A stretch of DNA of 64,000 nucleotides from NCBI GenBank assembly GCA_049999805.1, contig JBNGIO010006337.1, forward strand, positions 117,457 to 181,456, given 5' to 3'. Positions 39,011 to 51,354 of this stretch are shown here, piece after piece. Source of the stretch: Folioceros fuciformis (taxonomy: Eukaryota). Numbering within the stretch: the first letter of the stretch is position 1; every line of letters begins with the position of its first letter. The position numbers were made by a program, and so were the translations under genes. The notes beneath the pieces are model-generated. The model did no database searches and had not been told where the DNA came from. It saw only the letters and a program-made list of their open reading frames with translations.

Positions 39011-39659
39011 GTCTTTAGTTTGTTTTGTACTTCTACTAGGATCCATTCCACACTCTTCTTTCGAGTGTGCTGGATTTTCTTTGAATTGTTTTACTACATT
39101 CAATACCATGACTCACTTCTCTATGTCTTTTCAAGCTTCTTGATTATGACAAGCTCCGTTATACTCTATAAGCTCCATGCTTTCTTCCTTCTACAACCTT
39201 GCCTTTAAAGCATCTCTCTAGCTCATATACATGTGTACGTATATAATATGATATACTTTCTTATATGTGATATATGTATGTGCATATATACGAGACAGAA
39301 TAGCTTGCAATTGCCTCTTTTGAGGACTCACAGCTCATTAGCTTTGGTTTATTTACGAGGTGAGTGGGAGACCTTTGATTACATAGAGTGTTGATGTGCG
39401 AATGGTGGACATAGTGCACTTACGAAGCTACAAGCATAGGCTTGGTGTGGCTGCAAGCACTCACCTAACATTAAAATTTCCAATCCAAAGATCTTGTAAG
39501 AGCCTTATCAATTTCCTAGTTCACCATTAAGTTATAACAACGCATGTATGGCATGAAATCAACATCATTACATTAAAAAAAATTATATGAGGGTTCTAAG
39601 CACACCAAGCAAGTGAACATCCTGGCTTGCTATACACATCCAGGGCCAACTACTAGTAG

Positions 39660-39759
39660 NNNNNNNNNNNNNNNNNNNNNNNNNNNNNNNNNNNNNNNNN
39701 NNNNNNNNNNNNNNNNNNNNNNNNNNNNNNNNNNNNNNNNNNNNNNNNNNNNNNNNNNN
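39660..39759. other. Assembly gap (100 N) with a ~40-bp duplicate on both sides
   Basis: CCTGGCTTGCTATACACATCCAGGGCCAACTACTAGTAG occurs before and after the gap. Confidence 0.95.
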
Positions 39760-41617
39760 GAAAACCCTGGCTTGCTATACACATCCAGGGCCAACTACTA
39801 GTAGAACATCATGTTGTCCCCCCCCCCCCTCATCCCCTTCAAAAGGGGAAATCATTAACATGGACTTTGTTCAGAATGGAAGATCCATGGAACTTAAGTT
39901 GTAGTGAAAACCAAAAAACCAAGTCCTAACGTGTTCATGGCTTTTGCAAACACATTTTCAATTAGATGAATCTCAATGGTCAGCAATCATCTAGTAAGAA
40001 AATCCAAGAAAAAAAAACTAAGATAAAAAAAAAAACTAAGATAAAAGCACATCGTTCAACCAGATTAGCTATAGAAAAGATTCCAAAGGAACATGTAGGC
40101 AAACTCACTTGCTAAGCCATGTAGCAGCAAGCTGTCTTCCCAAAAGAACCAAGGCAGCAAGGAGTCAACCAAGGAAAGGTCTGAGGGACCAACAAGAGGG
40201 GGAGGGGATGCAGGCTTAGAGTGCAGGACCACCAAGTTGTTCCCTATATAAGAAGTGAAAAAGTTAAGACAAGCTATTATGGAGGTGTAGATCCCAAAAA
40301 CTAGGTGTTGCACAAGAAATGCATCACAAGACAAACTCTCCTTGCTGGTTGTACCATGGCAACAAAGGAAGTCAGCATCCTCGTAACCTCTAACAAGTTG
40401 TCAATTTCATTATTGCATGGTATTAAATAATAGACAATTGAAGCCATGCCTTAGCCCGCTAATTGACAACCTAGTGTAAATGGTGCTTTATCACATACAT
40501 ACATACTCTGTGTGTATCTATGTATCCTTGAAATAATCGATACAAGGATGTGGAGCCCTTAGTAGGATGCATACCACAACACTAGGATGTTTTTGAGCAT
40601 TGGGAGAAACTTATTGTAAGGAGCTAGCATGGGTGGGAATACCACAATTTGGGCTTGGACGAGTGGAAGTCATTGGAGCATAAAGCATTACGACAATGTC
40701 TTCCTTGACCACTATATCTCTAGAGAAAGAGCTTCGTTCTAAAAATGGGATAATAATTTTCAACAACCTTGCTTCTTGGAAACCAATACCACAAAGGTAC
40801 GGACCAACAACAAAATCTCATGTTCAGCAGCCATACTTGTGGAACAAATATATGGTAGACGAAAAATTTGTAAAATAATAACCTTGTATACTTGGGAAAC
40901 AAATCTGTTGGACTCCAAGCAAATGAATAGTATTGAGCAAATTGGAAGAGAAGTGCCCTTCTTTTATCGTCCTTGGTATAAGAAAATAGTCCACACATAG
41001 GGCATGTGATGGAAAATTGAAAAGACAAGAAGTGAGTAGTATTTCCAATTTTGTTACCTTCCAAGTCCCCTCCAAACTTTTCAATCTTGGTTCAATAGCC
41101 ACTATGTCGAAAGGGCTAATGTAGAATGACAAATCTGCGATCCTTGGTGTAACCGGGTCCAAGAATTGATTGAGGATTCTTGTGTTAAATCAACATAAAT
41201 TGTCCATATATCTTTGGGCATGTTCAAAGAAGGCCATGAGATCAAATCTTCTAAGCCTAGCCAAGATATGAATGAATTGTGATTCATAGTGAAAAAAATA
41301 TAAATTACACCACAAGAGCGAGCATAAGAACCCCATCGAGATACCTAGTTGTTATAGTCATACACTATTACCGAATTGGACATCATTGTGCAGCATAAGC
41401 CAATAGTGGATAGCTTTCAAACAGTCTAGTGTAAAAGACCAGTACGTAGAGTTGGAGCTTCTTGAGGGCTTACTTGCCCAAGACACCTGTGTAAAAAGAA
41501 GAGATGTGATCAAAACAAACATGTAGAAGTAGCTTTGGTTGTGATATGCGCTCCTTATTCACTAAGTCTTGCTTAAAAGCTAACACTAGCCCAAAAAGTA
41601 GTTTTGAGTTCACCTTA

Positions 41618-41833
41618 TAGGGATTGCCTCATAGTAGCGTGTATTGTCCTTGCTAGTAGGGATTGCCTTATAGCAACGAATATTATCCTTGCTAGTAGGG
41701 ATTGCCTCATATGAGCATGTATTGTCCTTGCTAGTAGGGATTGCCTCATAGCAGTGTGTATTGTCCTTGCTAGTAGGGATTGCCTCATAGTAGCGTGTAT
41801 TGTCCTTGCTAGTAGGGATTGCCTCATAGTAGC
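41618..41833. repeat. 39-bp minisatellite, ~5.5 copies (TAGGGATTGCCTCATAGTAGCGTGTATTGTCCTTGCTAG), followed by a ~41-bp duplication (41835-41920)
   Basis: Units begin at 41618, 41657, 41696, 41735, 41774 and 41813. Confidence 0.93.
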
Positions 41834-43426
41834 AGTGTCAGTTTTTGCATGATCTATCCATTCAGTCCACAAATAGTGTCAGTTTTTGCATGATCTATCC
41901 ATTCAGTCCACAAATAGTGTCTGCATTTTTTAAGAATCTCAATGGCTGTCACAAAGGCAATACCTAGAGCAATTACTACGGGTTGTATTCTAGTAACATG
42001 GAGTGGGCTATGGTTTAGACCAATGATGGCATAGGTGTGTAGACAAGGATGTCGTAGGATATCCAATCACATAGTTAGAACATGTAAGGAGGAGAGATCT
42101 CTTGACAAGGCTATGACTTTATCTATGAGAGGTAGAATCTGTTTGCTATATATACAAATACATGCATTCATACTAGCATAGTCAAAAACATCAAAGCACG
42201 TGAAGACATCCTTGGGACAGCACAGAGTTTTAGAGATATTCTCCACATATTTCTAGCCAAACATACTTGGATTGAAATTTGTCAACACTTCTTCCTTATA
42301 ATTTTCCAAGATAGATGTGAAAAGATTATGGGGAGAGATCCATTCAAGGCCCTACTAGCATATAGAAGATGAACATAGCTAGGGATTGAGGTTTCCTTTT
42401 GGATTAACAAATTGCAGCGATCCTGTTCATTAATTTGCACATTGCAAATTAATGATACATCCTAAGAGTCTGTCTAGATCAACAAAGAACCAAAATGGAC
42501 ACCTAGCTACTGTATCATAAGCTACCACTAAGCATATAAGTCATGTCTTCCAAAAGCAAGATCATACCAAGACACAATCCTGTTGAAAAGACACAGTCTC
42601 TTGTCTAGTAGAACTAGAAGTGCCACCATAACCAATGGTCCCTCTAGAGGGAACAAAGCCAGTAGAGAAATGCTAGGGGAAGATGATGCAAAGGGTCCAA
42701 TGAGTTGGGGAGGCAGAATCCTTGGTGGTTTATAAGGGTGAAGAATCCTCTCCTACCACCACAATATTGTGTTAATTGCAACTTGGAACTTCCATGTCCA
42801 AGGGATACTACTTGCATTTGTTCCGCTTCTGTGGCATCCTTTGATCTATTAAAGCGAGATTTAGGGTGGATGCTTAGTGCGCGATCCTTTTGATTATTGG
42901 CTTCCATAAAAGCCACTTGTTTCAACAACTTCTCAATGTACAATGGCCCATCCATGTTGCCCATGTCGGCCAACAAGGATTGAGTTGTGTCTCTAGCAAG
43001 TTGCTTCCTAGTTGTAATAATCCATTCACGGATGAACATGAACGAGATTTGGGCTTTAATCCGTTCTCTATTGGCTTACAAGGAGAGGAAGACCACATAT
43101 GCACTCCATTGCATGGTAAGAGATGTCTCACATGGGAAGAAAATGGTAAGATGGTTAACCATAAACCAAATCATGTGGTGGAACCAAAAAATCCTAGGAT
43201 CACACTTCAAAGCATAAACTAGGACAGTTTTAGGAACAACTGCATTTATACAAATGCAATTTGCAAATGGTTGGTTTCAATTCCACATAGTGTGTCCATG
43301 AGTGCCTTTTCCTCTAAACTTGCCAATTTGCATCATGTCTTTGGATCTCACAACAATTGTTTGATTATATTTGTAGGGTATCTTAAACTGTGTGATAGGG
43401 GGCTTACAACTGCCACCTTGATGCTA

Positions 43427-43555
43427 TTGGCAAGTAGGATATTGCTGGAAAGTGCACATTCCACGCAAGCATTCACATCCTTGTCAGAAAGATTGGCAAG
43501 TAGGATGTTGCTAAAAAGTGCACATTCCATGCAAGTGTTCACATCCTTGTCAAAA
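43427..43555. repeat. ~66-bp tandem duplication (TTGGCAAGTAGGAT..AAAGTGCACATTCCA..TTCACATCCTTGTCA)
   Basis: Read directly. Confidence 0.85.
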
Positions 43556-44368
43556 CAATTGCAAAGTTTTTTTTTTCATGGAAGAAAATTCGAATTATAG
43601 AGGTTTGTGGCAAGAACAAACAAGGGGACAGAAATAGGTCGAGGATCTCAGAGACCGCTCTCCCTGGTGGCTCTCCCTATGCTACTCTAGTTAAGTAGAA
43701 GGTCCTTAGACTATATACTATTGGGAGAGCAAATGGTAACCCTTCCCTCATAGTAGTGAGCAAAAAGGTTTGGGAGCACCTACCCACTCTATGGGCACAA
43801 ATGGTTCCAAATCCCCTCTCTTACAAGATCAAGGAGGTGAACCTGTCGCCACTCTTTGCTCTTGAACTTATGTGTGTGGCCACTCTCACACCTTCAACCA
43901 CAATCAAAATATGTTCATAGATTCTCCACAACAAGGATTTAGCTGACAATGGCTCTTGAAGCAATTGCAAAGTTTGCATATTGATAAGAGCAAGAAAGCT
44001 TAAGTTTGAAGCCACTCACATTTTGTGATTCCATTTTGCAAGCTCACCTTCTAGTGGTGGAGCACTCACAAGAATGAGACTTTGTTGCTACAATGCAGCT
44101 TGGGAGGCCTTGGATGACTCCAAAAGAAGAACTCTATTAAAGTTCATTAAGAACGGATTTCCACATGGGATTTAATACTTAACAACTTATACTATAGTGA
44201 AACTAAGGCAAATCTTTTTCTTTCGGAACCCATTTAACTTTCAATCTAAGATGCTTAATTAGAAGGTTCTTACATATGTGTGTTCTAGATTATCAATCAA
44301 TAATTGTCCATCAATTATCTTTTGGTTTAGAAACATACTACGGGGTTTATGAGGCATAACTCCTCTCT

Positions 44369-45110
44369 GTGGTCAAAGCAATTTCATGCCTGCCCACCCT
44401 CTTTGCTTCCATCCCCAGGATTTCGTCAGTTACAATTTTCCTTGATAATCAAGCAGCTATCATGTCTTTAACGGACACTTCGGCTCACCCAGCCCAAGCC
44501 ATATCTCTCCAAGCTAGGACATCTCTCCACGCCTTCTTGGTAGCTCATCTGGAGGTTTTCCTTAATCTCCACTGGATTCTGGGCCATCATAATATAGTTG
44601 GTAATGAGCATGCAGATGTGACCGCCAAGGCTGCCACTCTTCTTCCCATTTCCAGCGAAGACCACATCCTATCTGTGTCCAGAGCTCGTCAGCAAATTTA
44701 TGCTGCAAGTCTACAGGAGTGGCGTTTACGGTGGGTTTCCTCAACTAAGGCTTCTGCGCTTAAGAGGGTGGTGCTTGGTGGCCCTTCAGCCTCGGTGCTA
44801 CAACGCCTTGGTCTCCATGACCGTATGCTCTCATCATTTCTCACCCAGCTTCGGACTGAGCATATGGCTATTGGGGCTTACTTTAGGAGATTCAACATTG
44901 TAGAGGATCCATTTTGTCGGAAATGCAGGTCTTCAGAAGAAACTGTCACCACATCCTTGGCTAGTGTATGGCCACTCGCGACACTTAGATCCAGATGTTT
45001 CAAGGCTTTTACTACGATATCCACAACTTCTTAGTGTTCCCAAACTAAGGGAAAACTTCTCTCTTACTTCAAGGCGATTGGTGATTACTTAACTCAGGCT
45101 TATTGATATA
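44369..45110 (+). mobile_element. 5'-truncated, degenerate non-LTR retrotransposon (LINE): RNase H domain plus C-terminal zinc knuckle
   Basis: VTIFLDNQAAI..LHWILGHHNIVGNEHADVTAKAA (RNase H), LTQLRTEH..IGAYFRRF and CRKC..EETV(T)HILG*C across a frameshift. Confidence 0.85.
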
Positions 45111-45189
45111 GCTATCTAGATTTGCTATTTTGTTTATTCTAATCCTCTTTCTTTTGCGCTTTCCCAAAGTGTCCATTCACTCATGTTTT

Positions 45190-45310
45190 TATTCACGTTC
45201 AGGCGTCATAATTCACATTCAGGTGTCATAATTCACATTCAGGTGTCATAGCAGTCATAATTTACATTCAGGTGTCATAGCAGTCATAATTCACATTCAG
45301 GCATCATAGA
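45190..45310. repeat. Tandem TCACATTCAGGTGTCATA(AT/GCA) repeat, ~5 copies, followed by (TAAA)n at ~45344
   Basis: Read directly. Confidence 0.85.
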
Positions 45311-45796
45311 CGTGATAGCCTCACGGCTGCATACCCCTAATGATAAATAAATAAATAAATATGTGTATTCCTTTTTTCCAGCTTTTATAAGAGGGGCCGA
45401 CCATTCTACCATGAAAGTGAGCAAAGTTTCGAACATCCCACAATGAAAGAGAGCAAAGGTTCGAACGTCCCACAATGAAAGAGAGCAACGGTACATCGGA
45501 GGATGACCAAGAGGCGACCCCATCGTCACCACCACTCACCATCCCTTCGTAAGTCAGGCAATTTTCTCTTTCATTATTAAGCCTCCAAAATAAATCGTCC
45601 ACATCGAAATGATCACATAGTTCGGTTTCCTCGCATATCCCTTTAATCACCGGTCCCACAGTTTCTGTCCTGGATCGCAATCCCAAAATGCTCTCTCCTA
45701 CTTCTTGAAGACATTGGTCAATCTCCTAGATCTCGATCCTACCGTTCGCTCTCCTGGCTATCGATCCCATTGTCCAGTCTCCTGGTTTTAGAATCT

Positions 45797-48700
45797 CTAC
45801 GCTGATCCTTCGCCTCCGCTCCCGTGAGGGTTATCACTCTCCGGCACAGCTTCCGCTTGTCCTGCGCTCTCTCCAGCTGCTTCAATCCTCACTGCTGCCT
45901 CGAACTTATCGATCGGATCCTGCTTCACTGGCGTTGGAACTTCAGACGAACCAACGCCAGGCTCCGCTCGCTCTCCATCCAGCTGAGTCGAGGAAATGAG
46001 CGCCGGAAGGGCACTTGGTGGCATGGGTGGGGGAACCCACCTTTTGCCTACTGGCCCTGTACCGTTGGTTCGGACTCCAACTTCCGTGATATGCTTCCCA
46101 CGCCCAGCAGAATCCTGTTCAGTTATGCTACCAGCTGTACCAGCTGGTCCAGCTGCCCACGACGAAGAAGGCCATTCAGCCGAAGGGTAGACGGATCCAG
46201 CGGCCCGCGAAGAGGAAGGCCATTCGACGGCATCAAGTCTCTCGCTAACCATAGCAGACTGCCCAGTCGAAAACGTGTCAGGTTCACGAGGTCTCAGGGC
46301 TGCTGATGCAGTTACTTCCCAAGGCTGCCAAAAGAAAGAGGGAAACGATCAGTAAAGAAAATGTAAACCGTGTCAGAACATGCCTAACAGGTGCAGCGAT
46401 TGAAATCACTAGAAACCAGTGAACGAGACCAGAGATCTCACAGGCGAAATTGCATATAAGCACGACCACTAATCAGGTGCCCATCCAGTCAACGGTTTTA
46501 TCTTTGTAAGGAGTGCACACAGTACAGACCTTCTGCCTGGGTTGCAACTTAGGGGATGATGGCTCTTGCATGGGATTGGGAGGTTTGTCATCAACAGCCT
46601 GCACTATATCCAATAATCTCAGCTGTTTGGCAGTGAGATGCAAACATACTAGAACTTGTAGCTGCACCTCAGCTGCAGCTCAAATTTCAGAAATCATACC
46701 CGTATATCAGGGAAGGGTTCACCTCGCTCCAGCTTTGCCACAACCTGGACTCAGATCACACAGAAAGGCGTTCTTACTACATGCTGCCTAACATGGTGGC
46801 CATTACTTACTCGGTTAACTTGGCTCTCTCATTCAGGTGATAAACACTAGACGAATAATACTACAAAAAGCAGGCTGGGTGCTAGGATATACTTCCAAGG
46901 ACAAAAGAAGCACCACTGCGCGGGAGCTTGTGAGGCTAGAGAGAAACCTAAATGGGCACGAAAATCTAAAGTGAAGTCTTACATATAAGAGGTGGCAGTC
47001 AAGCACAAACAGTAGCCCACGCTCACATCATTCAAAACACTTCAAAGGCAGCATGACTGGGACAAACCTCATCCATTCTTGAGGGGCCGTGCATCCCAGC
47101 GCCACGCAATAGGTTGGCTGCACAGGCAGACGCACAAAGAGTTGAAATAAGCTGTCCCAGCAGCTGTACCTCGCATGCATTGATCTCCGGTCAGAACATG
47201 AACCCAGTGAAAGACTCTTCACCCATTGAACCTGTCTGCACATGATGGCCAGATGAAGGCCTGTGTAGCTCTGTTGTAATGCCACCCTTGGCAGACTAAG
47301 CACATACAAACACACACACAAGTACACGAACAGCTTAGTATCGATAAACAGTGAATGAGATATGGGTGATGAATCGGTCATTCCACGATGGGCACCACAC
47401 CTTTACGATGGAATTCCTGGCTGCATATTGAGCTTCAAAGTTGGTTGCCGCAGCTGCGCATGAACAGACGTGAGCTACAAATGCCTCAGGCAACCATTTG
47501 AATGACAATCACAACCCAGTGAACCAACCTGGCCGAGCCGCCCAGTTGAAACTCTCGGAACCTCCGTTTACCCGATCTCTATGAAGGTCGCGGGAATCTG
47601 GCGAAACTTGTCGTGATGCCTCGATAGTTTGCATTGCCTCTTGCAACACAGTCAGGGTTGTCTTTAGGGTGGTTGTCCGAGCGTCCAGAGCATTAATAAA
47701 CTGATTCCGATGCTCCCGCTCTGAGGCATGCAGCAAAGGCATGGGCATTGCGAGGGTAAGTACCTAGTATCACTTGGAAGAGGCAACGATGGCTTAAAAG
47801 CAACAACCTTCAAGCCGGGAGCGAACAATCTCTTGTGTTGCTGCTGCCACCTCAGAGGCAGCCGCTGCCACAGCAGCAGCAGTTGCTGTCACCGCTGACA
47901 CATTTGCAGCATCATCTTCCTGGGCCGTTGCCTTTTCCTCCGGTGTTCCATCAAGTGCGACGCGTCGAACCCAGTTCTTGAACTTCGGAATCAGCCACCT
48001 CTGCGAACAATGACCGCACCATGAACAAAAACACAGACACCTTACAGTAAAACCACTCTAATGCTCAAACTCAGTAACCTGCAAAGAGCACCCGCGGAAG
48101 TTCATAAGCCTCTACCTTGACCAACACACCGGTGCCAGCACCAGCACAAGCAAGCACGCCAACCGCCAGAACCATTTGCGTCCATCTCGTCCGCTTCGGC
48201 ACTAACGCTAGCTGCTGCTGCTGAGTGGGGCGCGCTTGCGCTAAAGGTCCAGCTTGGGAAACAGGCGCAACCTGGTAACCAGGTGCAACTCCGGAGACAG
48301 CTGATTCTGCTCATACACGGCTGCCTAGCTCAGCCACCTTCTCACAGTCATCAAAGGTAGAGGTGAAAACCAAATTCGATTTTCTAAGTACCTCGAGCTG
48401 GAAGTGGGATGCCCGTGGTAGCTGACGGTGGATCCTTCAACACAAAGGAGAGCTGTCAGTGCGCCTACATTGCTTCTCGATCACGACATCGAAGTAAACA
48501 CTCCAAATTCACCCGGGACTTGCGTTGCGGGCACCGATCATCCTCTTCCTGTCAACAGGCAAGCTCATTCCATGATCAGACAAGGGTGTGCCGATTTACA
48601 CACCGGAACTCGCCTAAAGGCTTCATCAATCTCCTCCTTGGTGAGGCCCTTGCTCACTAAGAATTTGAGGCGATGCTGTACGCTGGAGCCCTTCACTTTC

Positions 48701-48867
48701 GGGTGCGAGAGAAAATTCACTGCGTTCTGGACGAAAGCCTCCCTCAGAGGCTGGGGCTGCTCTGGCGAGGGCCGCCAATTGTCATCCGGTGAAGGACTGG
48801 CTTGAGGCTCCAGTTCCACCGCCACTGGAGCGCCTACCGGCGGTGCAGCCACTTCCGCCGCAGCCAT
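45797..48867 (-). CDS. PEX14: Peroxisomal membrane docking protein PEX14, multi-exon
   Basis: PEX14 N-domain LREAFVQNAVNFLSHPKVKGSS..FLVSKGLTKEEIDEAFRRVP|DPP; TM segment WTQMVLAVGVLACAGAGTGVLVK|RWLIPKFKNWVRRV; DDKPPNP..PRQK|PWE; WVPPPMP. Some internal exons not fully resolved. Confidence 0.93.
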
Positions 48868-49212
48868 CGTTGATGCACCACTACAACGCTACCGAGTTTG
48901 CATGCTGGCGGTCTTTCACACTCCAGACCTCGACAGCGATCGACGTAAGCGGCGAGCATAACACATATAAACTGTGCATAGAAAGAAGCCATATTTGTTC
49001 GCTTGCCTACTCTGTTAATTTAATACAGCGGGATTGAACTCCACCGCATGTTTGTGAAAAATTGTAGGTGTTCCGTTGTTGGCAGTATTCCCAACATGAA
49101 AATCAAGAAAATAAAACGCAAGGAGATTTTCCACCGCCTCACTGCCCTCTCCAGATCTCACTTTTTGTCCCCCTAAGGAAACAAGGAACCTATGAAAGGA
49201 ATCCGATCCACA

Positions 49213-51098
49213 TCATACGGCTGGTAGGATGCCTTCGATCACACCCTTCCCGTCGTGAGCATCAAAGAAGAAAAAGTTTCTAAGAGGTTCTCCTTTACCC
49301 GACATAGCCCTCAAAATTTCCTGTTGAGGCAAAAGCACCAACGTTTGGCAAGTCCACACATCGCGTAACGCACCAAAAGAATTCCAGGGACGTACTGACC
49401 TGTCCTAAAATACCACCCAGGATGGCACAAACCGGGGGTAGCTCTCTGGTCCCTGCATTGAGTATTCTTCGCAGAAGAGCTTCAGGAACTAGGGACTCCG
49501 AAACTCCCTGCATCATAGTAGTGTGAACACACTTTTCAAGCTTTCTGAACGGCAAAACCTTGCTGACAGCTGTCAGAGTGCTGGTGGAACCTGCCAGAAG
49601 ACTTGCCTGGGCCTTGCACAGCATCTTGCTGAGAGTTTGTATGTCAGCAACTTCATTGTGGCTGGGTTCATTTGCCCTACCCTGCTCAAATTCTTCGATG
49701 ACTGAAGACAATCAAATAAGAAGCCAGTTGTAAGATTCGATGAGAATGAGTTATCGCAGTTCGCGGTGCATGATAGCAGCATGTAAAGTTGTAAAACACG
49801 AAGGTTGCACGTCTCAAACTCAGTTCGACGCATATCAGGAGTACCCCTCATGGCAAAGAACAGTTTGCTAGTTCGCTTCGGTAAGCTTTTCCATTGCACG
49901 CTCAAAGAGTCCTGTCCAAGCATTTAACCCTCAAATCAGTGATGCCACTCAGGAGGAATAATTAAGCAAAGCAACTGAAAAGGGAGAAGAAGCAGTAAAC
50001 CAAGAGGCTTGGAAACACGATCTCCGAAATAGCATCCACTGAATCGCCTTCCTTCTGCGTGATGACGGAGCAATCAGGCATGAACCAGGTGGAATGGAAG
50101 TGGAGCTAGAAGCAGCAAACGGGAAAAGTGGATGGGAAGCATGCACCCAGCACCTTAGGAACATATGAATGCCTAAGGAGATCTACGAAGATGGTTCCAC
50201 ATGAACCTCGACACTCAACCCAATAAAAAGCCACTTTATTTGGCCGCTGCCGGCATACAGAGTTGACGCGAATCTGCCACACACGTTACACATCAGGGGT
50301 TCAGAAACCCTGAAACAGACGGGGCACAAGAACAACAGCCAAGCTGAAAAGAAAAAGAGACTAAGCTAGCACCAAACCCTGAGATCCAGAGTCCCACGCC
50401 CAAGAACTACTGCATCGTAGCTATCCCAGAACTCATCAGGCTTCTCGGCAATGTCACCTGCATCCCTACTTGACATCATCATCGCTGGCATCGTTCCTTA
50501 GTTGACAGAAGAAGAATCTGTAACAACGTGGAAGGACAGCACTCACCTGTCACCACTGACACCTTCACCATGGGGTTGAAATCCTTCAAAGAATCGGCAC
50601 ATACGGCACCAATAGTCTGCCCAGAGCGCTCAAGCTCTTCCCACGGAATGAGGAAGTTGGACTGCGCCGCCGCCAGAGTGACTGGGGCTTCATCCAGCAA
50701 CGTCAAAGCCCCGACTCCTGCTAGCACAATGTTCTTGCACGTCTGCAGCATTTCGCAGCATCACCGAGCAATCCACACAACACCAAAAACGCACTAGAAG
50801 CAGAAGCCAACCAAAGCAATGCAACAATTGCCTCGTCGGACAACCGTGAAGTCGCAACAGCTACCAAGAAATCTCACCTCCGCAACAACCCCTGTAATTC
50901 CCACTGCCAGCACTCGAGCCTTGCCTAGCCTGCAGCATCGGAGCACAATTTAAAACCCGCCAACCATCCGCATCCCGGCTTGGCACGGCAATTCCCCTCA
51001 GACACGCACCGTCTCTGAGCATCAACTCCCCACACCCGAATTTGTCGATCGTACACTGCGGATTCCTGCTCTGTCAGGAGCTCGACGGTAGTGCCCAT
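49213..51098 (-). CDS. SAE1: SUMO-activating enzyme subunit 1 (SAE1/AOS1), multi-exon
   Basis: LTEQESAVYDRQIRVWGVDAQRR, CKNIVLAGVGALTLLD, DSLKDFNPMVKV, ELPPVCAILGGILGQ|EILRAMSGKGEPLRNFFFFDAHDGKG. Confidence 0.94.
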
Positions 51099-51354
51099 CT
51101 TCAAAACCCGCTCCCGCGGTCGGGAAGCCGTTCCCTTCGGTGGATCACTGGATTACACAGCGCTTGTAAAGTAGATACCTTTCGAACACACAACACGACC
51201 AATAATAAAACGACGACAATTCCTCAGGGCAGAAGAGGAATTCTATTTACTTGGCTGTGCGGACGTTTTACATAGGGTAGATGGTAGCCAGACCATACTT
51301 ATCACTAACTGGCTCTGCCCTACGCCGCTACGCGGTTTGGATGATCCCCGTCTG

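Larger units (their letters stand above)
39760..43700. mobile_element. Heavily decayed LTR-retrotransposon fragments
   Basis: Minus-strand polypurine tract (C run 39818-39829) next to a TG-starting LTR-like end; a Ty3/gypsy RT-like FPFGLTN at ~42392 (+); many stops and frameshifts. Confidence 0.45.

Noticed and set aside
38836-39051. Cationic peptide ORF with repeated RFKF motifs
   Set aside because: No in-frame ATG; it is the translation of a degenerate DNA repeat at the edge of a TE island.
39616-39803. ~40-bp direct repeat around the third gap
   Set aside because: Same gap-flanking pattern; probable assembly artefact.
41618-41833. CRISPR-like look of the 39-bp array with a variable middle
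   Set aside because: The variable part is only about 8 nt of point variants, not unique spacers; eukaryotic context and no cas genes. It is a minisatellite.
45435-45610. TCCCACA/TCCACATCG motifs resembling the plant snRNA upstream sequence element
   Set aside because: Imperfect matches, part of a local duplication, and no recognisable snRNA follows.
46290-46326. Apparent premature stop or frameshift (CAG|CCC TGA) in the last PEX14 exon
   Set aside because: A better upstream acceptor (TTTTGGCAG|CCT TGG GAA at 46324) restores the conserved K|PWE motif in frame.
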